From a bacterium (GTDB taxonomy: Bacteria; JAAXHH01), in the NCBI GenBank assembly GCA_965262815.1, contig OZ253560.1, forward strand, positions 2,313,158-2,377,157: a stretch of 64,000 nt of DNA. The letters run 5' to 3'. The stretch's first letter is position 1, and each line of letters opens with the position of its first letter. Shown here in pieces: positions 1 to 8,508 of this stretch. A program made the translations under genes and the position numbers. The notes beneath the pieces were generated by a model. The model saw only the letters and a program-made list of their open reading frames with translations. It made no database searches and had not been told where the DNA came from.

Positions 1-453
1 GTGTTCTACGAAGTCGCCGAGGAATATCCGGGCATCACCGCCGATTATGCCCACGTGGACGCGACATGCATGTGGATGGTTAAGAATCCCGAGTGGTTCG
101 ACGTCATCGTGACGACGAACATGTTCGGAGATATCATCACCGACCTGGGTGCCATGATCCAGGGCGGCATGGGCGTCGCCGCGGGAGGCAACATCAACCC
201 CGAGGGCACCTCGATGTTCGAACCCATCGGGGGTTCGGCGCCGAAATACACGGACCAGAACGTGATCAATCCCATCGCGGCGATCGCGTCCTGCCAGATG
301 ATGCTGGCGCAGTTGGGCGAAGCGCAGGCCGCCGATGCCGTGGAGCGCGCCATCATCGACGTCGTGAGCACCAAGATGAAGAGCATGGACGCGGGCAGGA
401 TGGGATACGGAACCAGCGAAGTCGGCGACCTCGTGGCCGACGCAGTCAACTGA
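1..453 (+). CDS. C-terminal fragment of an isocitrate/isopropylmalate dehydrogenase-family enzyme (3-isopropylmalate or tartrate dehydrogenase-like); the 5' end lies outside the window
   Basis: Track ORF 1..453. TNMFGDIITDLG...FEPIGGSAPK motifs are typical of beta-decarboxylating dehydrogenases. A hairpin terminator follows. Confidence 0.8.
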   Translation: MFYEVAEEYPGITADYAHVDATCMWMVKNPEWFDVIVTTNMFGDIITDLGAMIQGGMGVAAGGNINPEGTSMFEPIGGSAPKYTDQNVINPIAAIASCQMMLAQLGEAQAADAVERAIIDVVSTKMKSMDAGRMGYGTSEVGDLVADAVN

Positions 454-486
454 GTTACCGGATAGGTTAGATCAAAACTTAGTAGT

Positions 487-517
487 AAAAAACCCTCCAG
501 CAACCGGAGGGTTTTTT
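487..517. terminator. Bidirectional rho-independent terminator between convergent genes
   Basis: A6-CCCTCC-agcaacc-GGAGGG-T6: a perfect stem flanked by an A-run and a T-run, so it works on both strands. It sits between the stops at 453 (+) and 516 (-). Confidence 0.85.
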
Positions 518-1748
518 ACTTTATCACATCCGAATCCCGCCACTGCGCCAAGTCTCCTGATGATGAGCCCAGCAGCGACTGAAGAACCTGGTCCGTGTGT
601 TCGCCCAGGGCGGGCGCATGCCTGGTGATTTCCGGTGGGGTGTCCGATAGTTTGAGCGGAGAGCCGGCCATGCGCAGCGGTCCGGCGATGGGATGCAGGA
701 TCTGCACGATCATATCCCGGGCCAGCACCTGGGGATCTTCCACGACCTGCTGGATGTTCTGTATAGGGCCGCAGGGAATCTCGGCCGAATCCAAAGATTT
801 CAGCCATACCTCTGTAGTTCGTTCCGTGAAGATCTCGCTCAACACCGTGTGAAGTTCGGCATGATGCTCCGTGCGCAGGTTGTTATCCCTGAACCGTTCG
901 TCGACGGCCAGGTCCTCCCGGCCAATGACTTCACACAACCGGCGCCAGAGGACGTTGTTGCCCGCCGCGATCATGATCCAGCCGTCCCGGGTCTCGACGG
1001 CCTGGAAGGGTGTGATGGATGGATGCCTGGCCCCGAGTGGTTCCGGTACGGTGTCCGTCATGTCGAACCTGGCAATGGCGTTTTCCAGCAGGGCGACCTG
1101 GCAGTCCAGCATGCCGATGTCCACCATTTGTCCCGTGCCGGTCTGCGTACGGGTGAACAGCGCTGTAAGAATACCTATACACGAGTATAGTGCCGCGGCG
1201 ATGTCTCCAATGGAGACGCCCACCCGGACGGGAGGGCGGTCCGGTTCGCCTGTTATGCTGACGATGCCGCCCATGCCCTGGATGATCATGTCGTAGGCGC
1301 CGCGCCGGGCGTAGGGTCCGGTCTGCCCGAATCCGGAACAGGCCGCGTAGATCAGTCCCGGGAATTTGGATCGCAGGGTCTCGTAGTCCAATCCGAGCTT
1401 TTTCATCACGCCGGGGCGGAAGTTTTCCACCAGGACGTCCGACTTTTCAATCAACCCAAGCAGGATATCCCGTCCCGTGGGATGCTTCAGGTCGATCGCT
1501 ATGCTCTTCTTCCCCCGGTTGACATTCTCGAAATACCCGCTCACGCCCTCTTTGAAGGGACCGAATCCCCTCGCCTCGTCCCCGCCGAAGGGTTCGACCT
1601 TGATCACTTCGGCTCCCAAGTCTCCCAGGGTCATGGTCGTGAAGGGACCCGCGAGCACCCGGGTCAGGTCGATGACGCGTATGTCCGTGAGTGCGCCCAT
1701 GGAATCGTTACCGGTTATGTTTGGGATCAGTCCGTCAGGACCTGGCAT
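516..1748 (-). CDS. Family III CoA-transferase (CaiB/BaiF-like)
   Basis: 410-aa ORF with the N-terminal DIRVIDLTRVLAGPF...LGDLGAEVIKVE motif typical of this family. An alternative start at 1700 (MGALTD) would remove the 22-nt overlap with thrB. Confidence 0.85.
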   Translation of the reverse strand: MPGPDGLIPNITGNDSMGALTDIRVIDLTRVLAGPFTTMTLGDLGAEVIKVEPFGGDEARGFGPFKEGVSGYFENVNRGKKSIAIDLKHPTGRDILLGLIEKSDVLVENFRPGVMKKLGLDYETLRSKFPGLIYAACSGFGQTGPYARRGAYDMIIQGMGGIVSITGEPDRPPVRVGVSIGDIAAALYSCIGILTALFTRTQTGTGQMVDIGMLDCQVALLENAIARFDMTDTVPEPLGARHPSITPFQAVETRDGWIMIAAGNNVLWRRLCEVIGREDLAVDERFRDNNLRTEHHAELHTVLSEIFTERTTEVWLKSLDSAEIPCGPIQNIQQVVEDPQVLARDMIVQILHPIAGPLRMAGSPLKLSDTPPEITRHAPALGEHTDQVLQSLLGSSSGDLAQWRDSDVIK

Positions 1749-2632
1749 CCACCGTTGTCAATGGAGAGTATCCGGAATTGCCCGGAGACACCGTGCCGGG
1801 CGAAAGCCCCGGTCATGGCCGCACCGATCCGTTCGTGGTTTGCCGTCGCAAGGGCGATGACCGTCGGACCTGCGCCGCTGAGCGCCGCACCGTGGGCGCC
1901 GGCATCTAGGGCCTCCCCGGTGACCTCCGCCAGTCCGGGAACCAGGTGCTGCCGGTAGGGTTGGTGCAGGCGGTCGGCCATGCCATCCCTGAGCAGGGCG
2001 TAGTTTCCCGTCAGCATGCCCCCCACGAGCAGTCCCACGCTGCACAGGTTGTAGACCGCGTCTTCCATGGATACCGCTTCAGGAAGGACGCCGCGGGCTA
2101 CTTTCGTGTCGAGGGTAAATTCCGGAATGGCCACGATGGCCTTAATTGCGGCAGGCACCGGGAAGGTCTGGTACACAATCGTTCCCGAACGCTCGCCGCT
2201 AATGGAGAGTCCGCCGAGTAACGAAGGAACGACATTATCCGGGTGACCTTCCAGGTCGGAGCAGATCCGGAGGAGTTCGGATGTGCCAAGCGGCCGTCCC
2301 GCGAGTTCGTTGGCTGCCACGGCGCCCGCCACGATAGCGACCCCGCTGCTGCCCATGCCGCGCGACACGGGAATGGCGTGGTGCATATGGACACGGAGAC
2401 CGGAGGGCTGCCATTTCGCGGCGTCGAAAACGGCCCGTGCGGAGACGATGCACAGGTTGCCTTCATCTCGGGGTACCGCGTCGGCCCCTTCGCCCTCAAC
2501 GACCACATCCAGACCGGATTCCGTGTCTGAAAACTTCACCGTGTTGTATAGACCGAGGGCCATTCCGGCGCAGTCGTAGCCTGAGCCCAGATTGCCGGTG
2601 GTCGCGGGTACACGCACCCGCACGGAGGACAT
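1727..2632 (-). CDS. thrB: Homoserine kinase
   Basis: 301 aa. N-terminal VPATTGNLGSGYD and the GHMP-kinase loop RGMGSSG. The start overlaps the upstream stop (TAATG). Confidence 0.9.
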   Translation of the reverse strand: MSSVRVRVPATTGNLGSGYDCAGMALGLYNTVKFSDTESGLDVVVEGEGADAVPRDEGNLCIVSARAVFDAAKWQPSGLRVHMHHAIPVSRGMGSSGVAIVAGAVAANELAGRPLGTSELLRICSDLEGHPDNVVPSLLGGLSISGERSGTIVYQTFPVPAAIKAIVAIPEFTLDTKVARGVLPEAVSMEDAVYNLCSVGLLVGGMLTGNYALLRDGMADRLHQPYRQHLVPGLAEVTGEALDAGAHGAALSGAGPTVIALATANHERIGAAMTGAFARHGVSGQFRILSIDNGGCQVLTD

Positions 2633-2931
2633 TAGCCGTTGTCCCGCGGACTGCCTAGACCGCCCGCGATGGCGGGAACGATTGAAACCCGGTCTCCCGC
2701 CTTCACCGTGGTATCGGTACCGTTCAGAAACCGGATATCTTCTTCGTTAATGTAGATGTTTATAAACCGCCGCACTTTCCCGGACTCGTCGCAGATGCGA
2801 TCACGGATTCCGGGATAGGATGCCTCCATGTTCCCGATCAGCGATTCGACGGTCTCGCCGTCGATTTCGACTTCGGACTGGTTGCCGGTCAACTTGCGCA
2901 GCGGTGTTGGAATTCGAACGGTAACGGCCAT
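2632..2931 (-). CDS. MoaD/ThiS/CysO-family sulfur-carrier (ubiquitin-like) protein with 8 residues after the GG motif
   Basis: 99 aa ending ...GDRVSIVPAIAGG-LGSPRDNG. Good SD (GAGGAGG) upstream. Lies directly downstream of the cysteine synthase gene. Confidence 0.8.
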   Translation of the reverse strand: MAVTVRIPTPLRKLTGNQSEVEIDGETVESLIGNMEASYPGIRDRICDESGKVRRFINIYINEEDIRFLNGTDTTVKAGDRVSIVPAIAGGLGSPRDNG

Positions 2932-2947
2932 CTAACGGTTCCTCCTC

Positions 2948-3895
2948 TTAATCACCATGTCCTTCGAAGTATTCTCGGATGCTCAGGTATCTCTCGCCTG
3001 TATCGCACAGGATGGTCACGATCCTGCCTTCTCCCAGGTTCTTTGCCACCTTCAGGCTGGCGCATACGTTGGCGCCTGCCGATATGCCCACCAGAAGCCC
3101 TTCCACCAGGCCCAGGCGGCGAGCCGTCTGGTATGCTTCCTCGTCGTCGATCATCACTACCTCGTCTATAATCGACTTATCCAGGATATCTGGAATGAAC
3201 CCGGCGCCGATCCCTTGAATGGCGTGCACGAGGCTCTCCACGGGTTTGCCCGATATAACTGGCGACAGCGACGGTTCCACCGCAATCACGCGAATGCGTT
3301 CGTCTTTTTCTTTCAGAAACTGACCCACGCCCGTCAGCGTACCGCCGGTGCCTACGGCGGCGACGAAAACGTCGATTCTGCCTTCGGTCGCTTCCCAGAT
3401 CTCTTCGGCCGTGGTCTGCCGGTGGATTTCGACGTTGGCGGGATTCTTGAACTGCTGGGGCATAAAGTAGTCCGGATGCTCGCTAAGTATCTCCTCCGCC
3501 TTCTGAACGGCGCCGGCCATGCCCAGCATGCCCTGCGTCAGGACCAGTTCCGCTCCGTACGAGGTCAGCAGCACACGCCTTTCCATGCTCATGTTATCCG
3601 GCATGACGAGAATGACCTTGTAGCCCTTTACCGCGGCCACCATGCTCAGGCCGAGTCCCGTGTTGCCGCTCGTCGGCTCCACGATCGTACCGCCCGGTTT
3701 GAGTACGCCGCGACGCTCGGCGTCCACGATCATGTTCAGGCCCACGCGGTCCTTGACGCTGCCGCCGGGGTTGTCCGATTCGAGCTTGCCGAGCAGATCG
3801 ACTCCTGAAACTTCGTTTATCCGTCCCAGGCGAACCAATGGCGTATGGCCGACAAGATCGAGCGCGCTGTTGTAGATTCCGTTCCCGGACATCAA
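2948..3895 (-). CDS. Cysteine synthase (CysK/CysM type, PLP fold-type II)
   Basis: 315 aa with NPGGSVKDR (PLP lysine), PTSGNTG and GTGGT motifs. Confidence 0.9.
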   Translation of the reverse strand: MMSGNGIYNSALDLVGHTPLVRLGRINEVSGVDLLGKLESDNPGGSVKDRVGLNMIVDAERRGVLKPGGTIVEPTSGNTGLGLSMVAAVKGYKVILVMPDNMSMERRVLLTSYGAELVLTQGMLGMAGAVQKAEEILSEHPDYFMPQQFKNPANVEIHRQTTAEEIWEATEGRIDVFVAAVGTGGTLTGVGQFLKEKDERIRVIAVEPSLSPVISGKPVESLVHAIQGIGAGFIPDILDKSIIDEVVMIDDEEAYQTARRLGLVEGLLVGISAGANVCASLKVAKNLGEGRIVTILCDTGERYLSIREYFEGHGD

Positions 3896-3905
3896 GGGCT
3901 GCCCT

Positions 3906-4346
3906 TCAAATGTAGTACATGGACAGGCTCTTTTGCGCCTGCTTGGAAATGTCTTCGAAGGTGATGCCGTTCATGATTTCGCCGAGTTTTTCCTGCACGC
4001 CCAGCCAAACGTCCTTCAATACGTGCTGTCCGCTCAGCTGGTCGGTCATTTCCGTGTCGTCGGACAGGCTTTCTATGGATATCAAGGCACCGTCCATCGC
4101 CCGTATGACGTCACCCAGCGAGATCTCGCCCGGAGCCTTGGCGAGTGAGTAACCGCCGGTCGCCCCGCGCTTGCTCCTGACCAGACCGGCGCGTTGTAAC
4201 TGCAGGAGGATCTGTACGAGGTATTTTTCCGGAATGGACTGTCTGACGGCGATGTCGCTGATATGGATGACTTCCGCCTTATCGTGATATCGCGTCAACT
4301 CCAACACCGCCCTGCACGCATACTCCGCTTTGGCTGAAACCCGCAT
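3906..4346 (-). CDS. Rrf2-family transcriptional regulator, CymR-like (no Fe-S cysteine triad)
   Basis: 146 aa. N-terminal winged-helix (SAKAEYACRAVLEL...RGATGGYSLAKAP) with only one Cys. First gene of the cysteine synthase operon. Confidence 0.85.
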   Translation of the reverse strand: MRVSAKAEYACRAVLELTRYHDKAEVIHISDIAVRQSIPEKYLVQILLQLQRAGLVRSKRGATGGYSLAKAPGEISLGDVIRAMDGALISIESLSDDTEMTDQLSGQHVLKDVWLGVQEKLGEIMNGITFEDISKQAQKSLSMYYI

Positions 4347-4369
4347 GCGTCCTCCCTGGCCAATGGGCT

Positions 4370-4387
4370 TTAGTTTACTAACTTAGT
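4370..4387 (-). promoter_or_regulatory. Candidate operator (overlapping inverted repeats TTAGT-tt-ACTAA-c-TTAGT) upstream of the Rrf2 gene
   Basis: Read directly in the 98-nt region upstream of the 4346 start. Assignment to the Rrf2 regulator is an inference. Confidence 0.3.
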
Positions 4388-4444
4388 CAACATGATAGGA
4401 TGAGGGCGGCACGGAGTCAAGCAATTTAGAATCTGGAAGGCGGA

Positions 4445-5350
4445 TCAGGCGAAGAGACGGGTATGGTATTCCAGGTACCGGGTCGGATCCAATGGCTCCA
4501 TGCGCAGGTCTTCAGGATCCGCTCCGCCCACGGCTTCACGAGGGGCGAGTCCGACCAGTTCGCTTTCCATAACCTCGATACCCCGGGCGACGGCGATGCG
4601 TGCTACCGCATGATAGGCCTCGGCCATGTTCGTCTTTCGGTAGTCGGTCAGATTCATGGATACCTGGGCGAGGCGCCTTTCCGGTAGAAACAGTCCGAGG
4701 GCCCGGACACCGGGCAGGCCATTGTTTTTCTCCCGGATTTCGTGGGCGATCGCACGGGCGACGCGCACGTCGTCGGTATCCAGGTTGACGTTGTAGGCGA
4801 CGAGTATTTCGCGGACGCCCACCGCCGTAGCGCCGGCAGAAACGTGGATCGCTCCCGGTCCGGCGTCGGGCACTCGATCAGAGTCCCGTTGTATTTCCCC
4901 TTCCAGTCTCTCGAATCCCCCGCTGCGGATCGCAGGGAGATCACCGCGCCGCGCACTGAGAGCGGCGTGCCCGTAGAAATATACCGGGATCTGGAGGGAC
5001 TGACCGATCTGACGACCGCATTGCCGCGCGAGGGAGACGCAGTCGTCCGTCGTATAGCAGGAGAGGGGAATGAAGGGGACGACATCCGTGGCGCCGATGC
5101 GAGGATGAACGCCTCGGTGCCGTCTGAGATCGATCAGGTTCCGGGCTATTCTGCAGGCTTCGTAAGCTCCCTTTGCCACGTCTTTGGGGGAACCCATGAA
5201 GGTGATCACGGAGCGGTTGTGATCCGCGTCCATTTCCATGCCGGCCAGGTGAACGCCATCGGTGGCGGCGATACCAGCGGCAATGGCCTCCACGATGCCC
5301 GAATCGCGCCCTTCACTGAAATTGGGCACGCACTCGACAAGGGGCTTCAT
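4445..5350 (-). CDS. Glutamate formimidoyltransferase
   Basis: 301 aa with the N-terminal ECVPNFSEGRD hallmark. Confidence 0.85.
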   Translation of the reverse strand: MKPLVECVPNFSEGRDSGIVEAIAAGIAATDGVHLAGMEMDADHNRSVITFMGSPKDVAKGAYEACRIARNLIDLRRHRGVHPRIGATDVVPFIPLSCYTTDDCVSLARQCGRQIGQSLQIPVYFYGHAALSARRGDLPAIRSGGFERLEGEIQRDSDRVPDAGPGAIHVSAGATAVGVREILVAYNVNLDTDDVRVARAIAHEIREKNNGLPGVRALGLFLPERRLAQVSMNLTDYRKTNMAEAYHAVARIAVARGIEVMESELVGLAPREAVGGADPEDLRMEPLDPTRYLEYHTRLFA

Positions 5351-6003
5351 CAGAGGATGCCGTATTTTTGAAAGGCGGCGGTGGCGGACATACCGTTCTT
5401 CAGGGCTTCCCTGACCTCTTTCTCCTCGGCAGCCTTTTCAAACGCCGCTTTCAGCGCCTGGTCTTCGACCGCCCGGGGCACAACCACGACCCCGTCGAAA
5501 TCCCCGAATACCAGATCGCCCGGACACACCTTCACGCCACCACATTCGATGGTAGTATTGTAGGCGATGACATCGCTTCTTCCCTTCGAATCATAGGGTG
5601 CGATGCCGCGGACGAATAGCGGAAACTCCATGGCGGCAATCGCCTGCGAATCCCGGGTAAAACCATCTATCACGGCTCCTTGCGCGCCCCTGACCTCCGC
5701 TGCGGTCGAGAGGAGTTCGCCCCAGAGACTGCTTCGCTTCGTGCCGTTGGTCTGGGCCACCATGACGTCTCCGGGCTTCAGGGCGTCCACGGCTTCCAAT
5801 TCCAACTTGTAGGGTTCGTCGGGAATCTCGTACACGTCCACGGACAACACGGTCAGCGCACGTCCCACCGCGACCGCGTCGGGATACAGGGGCCTGATGT
5901 CGTGTCTCAGGATCTGATCGCGATAGCCGCAGCCATCCAGGGCATCTGCGATCACGGCCGAAAACAGCTTCTGTTTCATCTCTTCGAAGAGTTCACTGCT
6001 CAA
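5350..6003 (-). CDS. RraA-family protein (4-hydroxy-4-methyl-2-oxoglutarate aldolase/RraA-like)
   Basis: 217 aa with GELLSTAAEVRGAQGAVIDGFTRD, typical of the RraA/dimethylmenaquinone methyltransferase fold. Confidence 0.75.
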   Translation of the reverse strand: MSSELFEEMKQKLFSAVIADALDGCGYRDQILRHDIRPLYPDAVAVGRALTVLSVDVYEIPDEPYKLELEAVDALKPGDVMVAQTNGTKRSSLWGELLSTAAEVRGAQGAVIDGFTRDSQAIAAMEFPLFVRGIAPYDSKGRSDVIAYNTTIECGGVKVCPGDLVFGDFDGVVVVPRAVEDQALKAAFEKAAEEKEVREALKNGMSATAAFQKYGIL

Positions 6004-6052
6004 TATCGGGTCTCCTTGCAGAGCGTACTTAGAAACGGCGCGCCCTTGCGTG

Positions 6053-7576
6053 TTACGGGTCTTTATTAAAAGTCAGGACCACGTCAATTCGTCGGTTCTG
6101 ATCCCTGCCCGTACGCGTATTGTTGCTGGCGATGGGCTGGGCACTTCCAAAACCGGAAGCGGTCATACGCTCGTCCGAAATCCCGCCGCTGACTGCAAGA
6201 AACTCCATGACAGCGTCCGCTCGGGACTTCGACAGGGAGATGTTCGTGTCCTCTTTCCCGGTGGCATCGGTATGTCCCTCCACGGCGGCGAGGGTTTGGG
6301 GATACAGCGCGAGGAATGCCCCGAGTTTCGTCAACAGCCCGCTCCCTCCCCCGGGTATATTCGTTTTACCCGCCTGGAAAGAAAGACCAATGAGTCGCAG
6401 GGTAAGCTGATCGGGCTCTCTCACCACGACCACCTCGCGGTCCGAAAACCGCTCCCGGGCCTGGGCGGCAGCATCCAGCTGGGTCTTCTCATAGAGATAG
6501 TCCCGGAGCTCCCGGCGTTCCCGGTCCAGTTCTTCCTTTCTCCGCTGTAGATCACGCTGGTAGTCCTCCACCATGGACGAAAGGCTGATCTGTTGTTGTT
6601 CGATCGCCTGGCTCAGGGAATCGACCGCAGCGCTAAGCGAGGCGGTATTCCCTTCCGCGCGTTGGACCTGGAGGACGAGCGAATCCTGTCTGGCGGTCAG
6701 CGTGCGTAAACTTTCCGTCAGAATCGTCTGTGGATCGTCTGTCAGGAAATCAGCGTAAATCCCTGCCAAGTTGGCGGCCTGCCGGGAGAGATCCTCGCTC
6801 GACAACAGAATGCGTTCCCAGTTGGCTGGATCACGGCGGAGCGAATCGATCCGGGCGGCCATCTGTATGGCACGTCTCGCGGCGTAGTCGGCGTCCTGGG
6901 CCTTATTGCGCAATGCGACGGACAGGGGTTCTCCACGATCAAGGGCGCTGGTCACTTCGTCAATCAACTGTCGTGCCCGGTCAAAGGACGCCGGGGCGAA
7001 CCGGTCCCAGTCCTTCCTCACGGCTTCTGCCAGTCCTATCCTCGCCGGTCCGATGAGCGACATCTCGAGCACCGATGTCCTGGCATCATCGTAGAGCATC
7101 GCCGCCTCCTGCCCCTGGACAAAGGCATCAGAGACCCGGTCGTCCTCCAGCCTGGAGATGGCCCGGTCGAGGCGTTTCTCGGCTTCCTCATACGAATCCG
7201 GAACAATCGCCGGGGCATTTGCCCGCTGGGCCGCCGCCCGTTTCTCGAGCGGAATCATCAGCACCTCGTTCACGCGCTCCAGTCTTTCCCGCGCAAAAAT
7301 CAGGGCAGCGTCGAATTCCGTATAAGCCCTTTGAATCTCCCGTGTCGAATCGCCGTCCCGGATGGCTCGGGTGTATTTTTCGTAAGCCTGCCGGACCTTT
7401 TTATAAGAATCGGGAGTCAAAAATGCTGCATCGAGCTGGTCGAGTTGATTCAACGAGGAGGTGGCAACGGTGATCTGTACGACCGGGGCGCGGTTTCCGG
7501 ATTCCTGGGCCGATAGGGGAAGCGGAGCGGCAAGTAGACACGAAATGCACCAGGAGACCAGGATAATGGCACGCAT
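6053..7576 (-). CDS. OmpA-family protein with signal peptide, long coiled-coil-like region and C-terminal OmpA domain
   Basis: 507 aa. N-terminal hydrophobic leader (LLAAPLPLSAQ). C-terminal VEGHTDATG...SLSKSRADAV...NRRIDVVL. Confidence 0.85.
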   Translation of the reverse strand: MRAIILVSWCISCLLAAPLPLSAQESGNRAPVVQITVATSSLNQLDQLDAAFLTPDSYKKVRQAYEKYTRAIRDGDSTREIQRAYTEFDAALIFARERLERVNEVLMIPLEKRAAAQRANAPAIVPDSYEEAEKRLDRAISRLEDDRVSDAFVQGQEAAMLYDDARTSVLEMSLIGPARIGLAEAVRKDWDRFAPASFDRARQLIDEVTSALDRGEPLSVALRNKAQDADYAARRAIQMAARIDSLRRDPANWERILLSSEDLSRQAANLAGIYADFLTDDPQTILTESLRTLTARQDSLVLQVQRAEGNTASLSAAVDSLSQAIEQQQISLSSMVEDYQRDLQRRKEELDRERRELRDYLYEKTQLDAAAQARERFSDREVVVVREPDQLTLRLIGLSFQAGKTNIPGGGSGLLTKLGAFLALYPQTLAAVEGHTDATGKEDTNISLSKSRADAVMEFLAVSGGISDERMTASGFGSAQPIASNNTRTGRDQNRRIDVVLTFNKDP

Positions 7577-7580
7577 GGGG

Positions 7581-7874
7581 TCAACCTCCGCCTCTCAGAA
7601 ACGCCATGGTCAGCACGGGTTTAATATCCGGCAGATGATCATCAACCACTACTTCGATCGCGGGTATATCACCCAGTCTGGCCAGGGGATGGATCTTTGT
7701 CGTGTGAAAGGCCAGACTGATTTCTCCTGTTTCGGATGATATTTCCACCGTGAAGACCACCCTGTTCTCGTCCTCGCAGATCGACACGACCGGAATGCGC
7801 TCGTCCCGGAGTGCTCGTTTCAATCCCCGGACGGCGTCTTCCAGCTTGAATCCGTAATAGGTGTGGTGAGACAC
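7581..7874 (-). CDS. Hypothetical 97-aa protein ending ...FLRGGG
   Basis: ORF 5 nt downstream of the ThiS-like gene. I recognise no family. Confidence 0.5.
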   Translation of the reverse strand: MSHHTYYGFKLEDAVRGLKRALRDERIPVVSICEDENRVVFTVEISSETGEISLAFHTTKIHPLARLGDIPAIEVVVDDHLPDIKPVLTMAFLRGGG

Positions 7875-7879
7875 CGACC

Positions 7880-8122
7880 TTATGCCCCGCCGGCAATCGG
7901 TGGGAAGAAACTGACCACAGCGCCATCCGAAAGGGGGGAATCTTCCGCCGAGTGTTTCCCGTCGATCAGGATCAGGTGAATGTGTCCGTCGGGGATTCCC
8001 AGCTGCTCGATGATGTCGCTCGACGTGGCCTGATCACCGAGTTCAAGCGTCGCTGTTTTGTTGACCGCGTTTTCGGGCAGGAATTTTCTCAAGGTGGCAA
8101 AGAGCTTTATGGAAACGGTCAT
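7880..8122 (-). CDS. ThiS/MoaD-family ubiquitin-like sulfur carrier with one residue after GG (…PPIAGGA)
   Basis: 80 aa with the typical beta-grasp carrier layout (MTVSIKLFATLRKF...DGAVVSFFPPIAGG-A). SD GAGAGGA upstream. Confidence 0.7.
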   Translation of the reverse strand: MTVSIKLFATLRKFLPENAVNKTATLELGDQATSSDIIEQLGIPDGHIHLILIDGKHSAEDSPLSDGAVVSFFPPIAGGA

Positions 8123-8270
8123 GATGCATCCTCTCTGTTACAGTACAGGTCGCAGCCTTTCACCTAATTGACGCGAACTCGTGCTGGCGGTATCCACCAC
8201 GGCCATCCAATCACGGCCACGACGGAATTCGGGTTGAATCTTCAAGTAAATAGTAATCCAAATGCGTCGT

Positions 8271-8333
8271 AATCGCCCTGTTTCCAGTTGTTCAGGCGAT
8301 TTCCTACTCAATACCGAAAGCGGGAAATCCGCC
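8271..8333 (-). promoter_or_regulatory. Candidate cis-regulatory RNA element (mutually exclusive hairpins) in the 386-nt leader of the ThiS-like gene
   Basis: On the minus strand, GGAAATCGCC can pair either with upstream GGCGGATTTCC or with downstream GGGCGATT. No U-tract follows and I recognise no known riboswitch. Confidence 0.25.
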
Positions 8334-8508
8334 CGTTAACATAACCAGCATTCACGGGTTCAAGTCAAGGAGAAAATGGTAATGAGAGAGAAAACGACTG
8401 TGCGGGAAACGTAGCGCGGAAAAACGCTGCAAACAAGGTCGGGCAGGGGGCCTTGAACGGATTGTCTTTTGTCCCGGATTGCGATCAACGAGCAGTATCC
8501 AGATCGGA

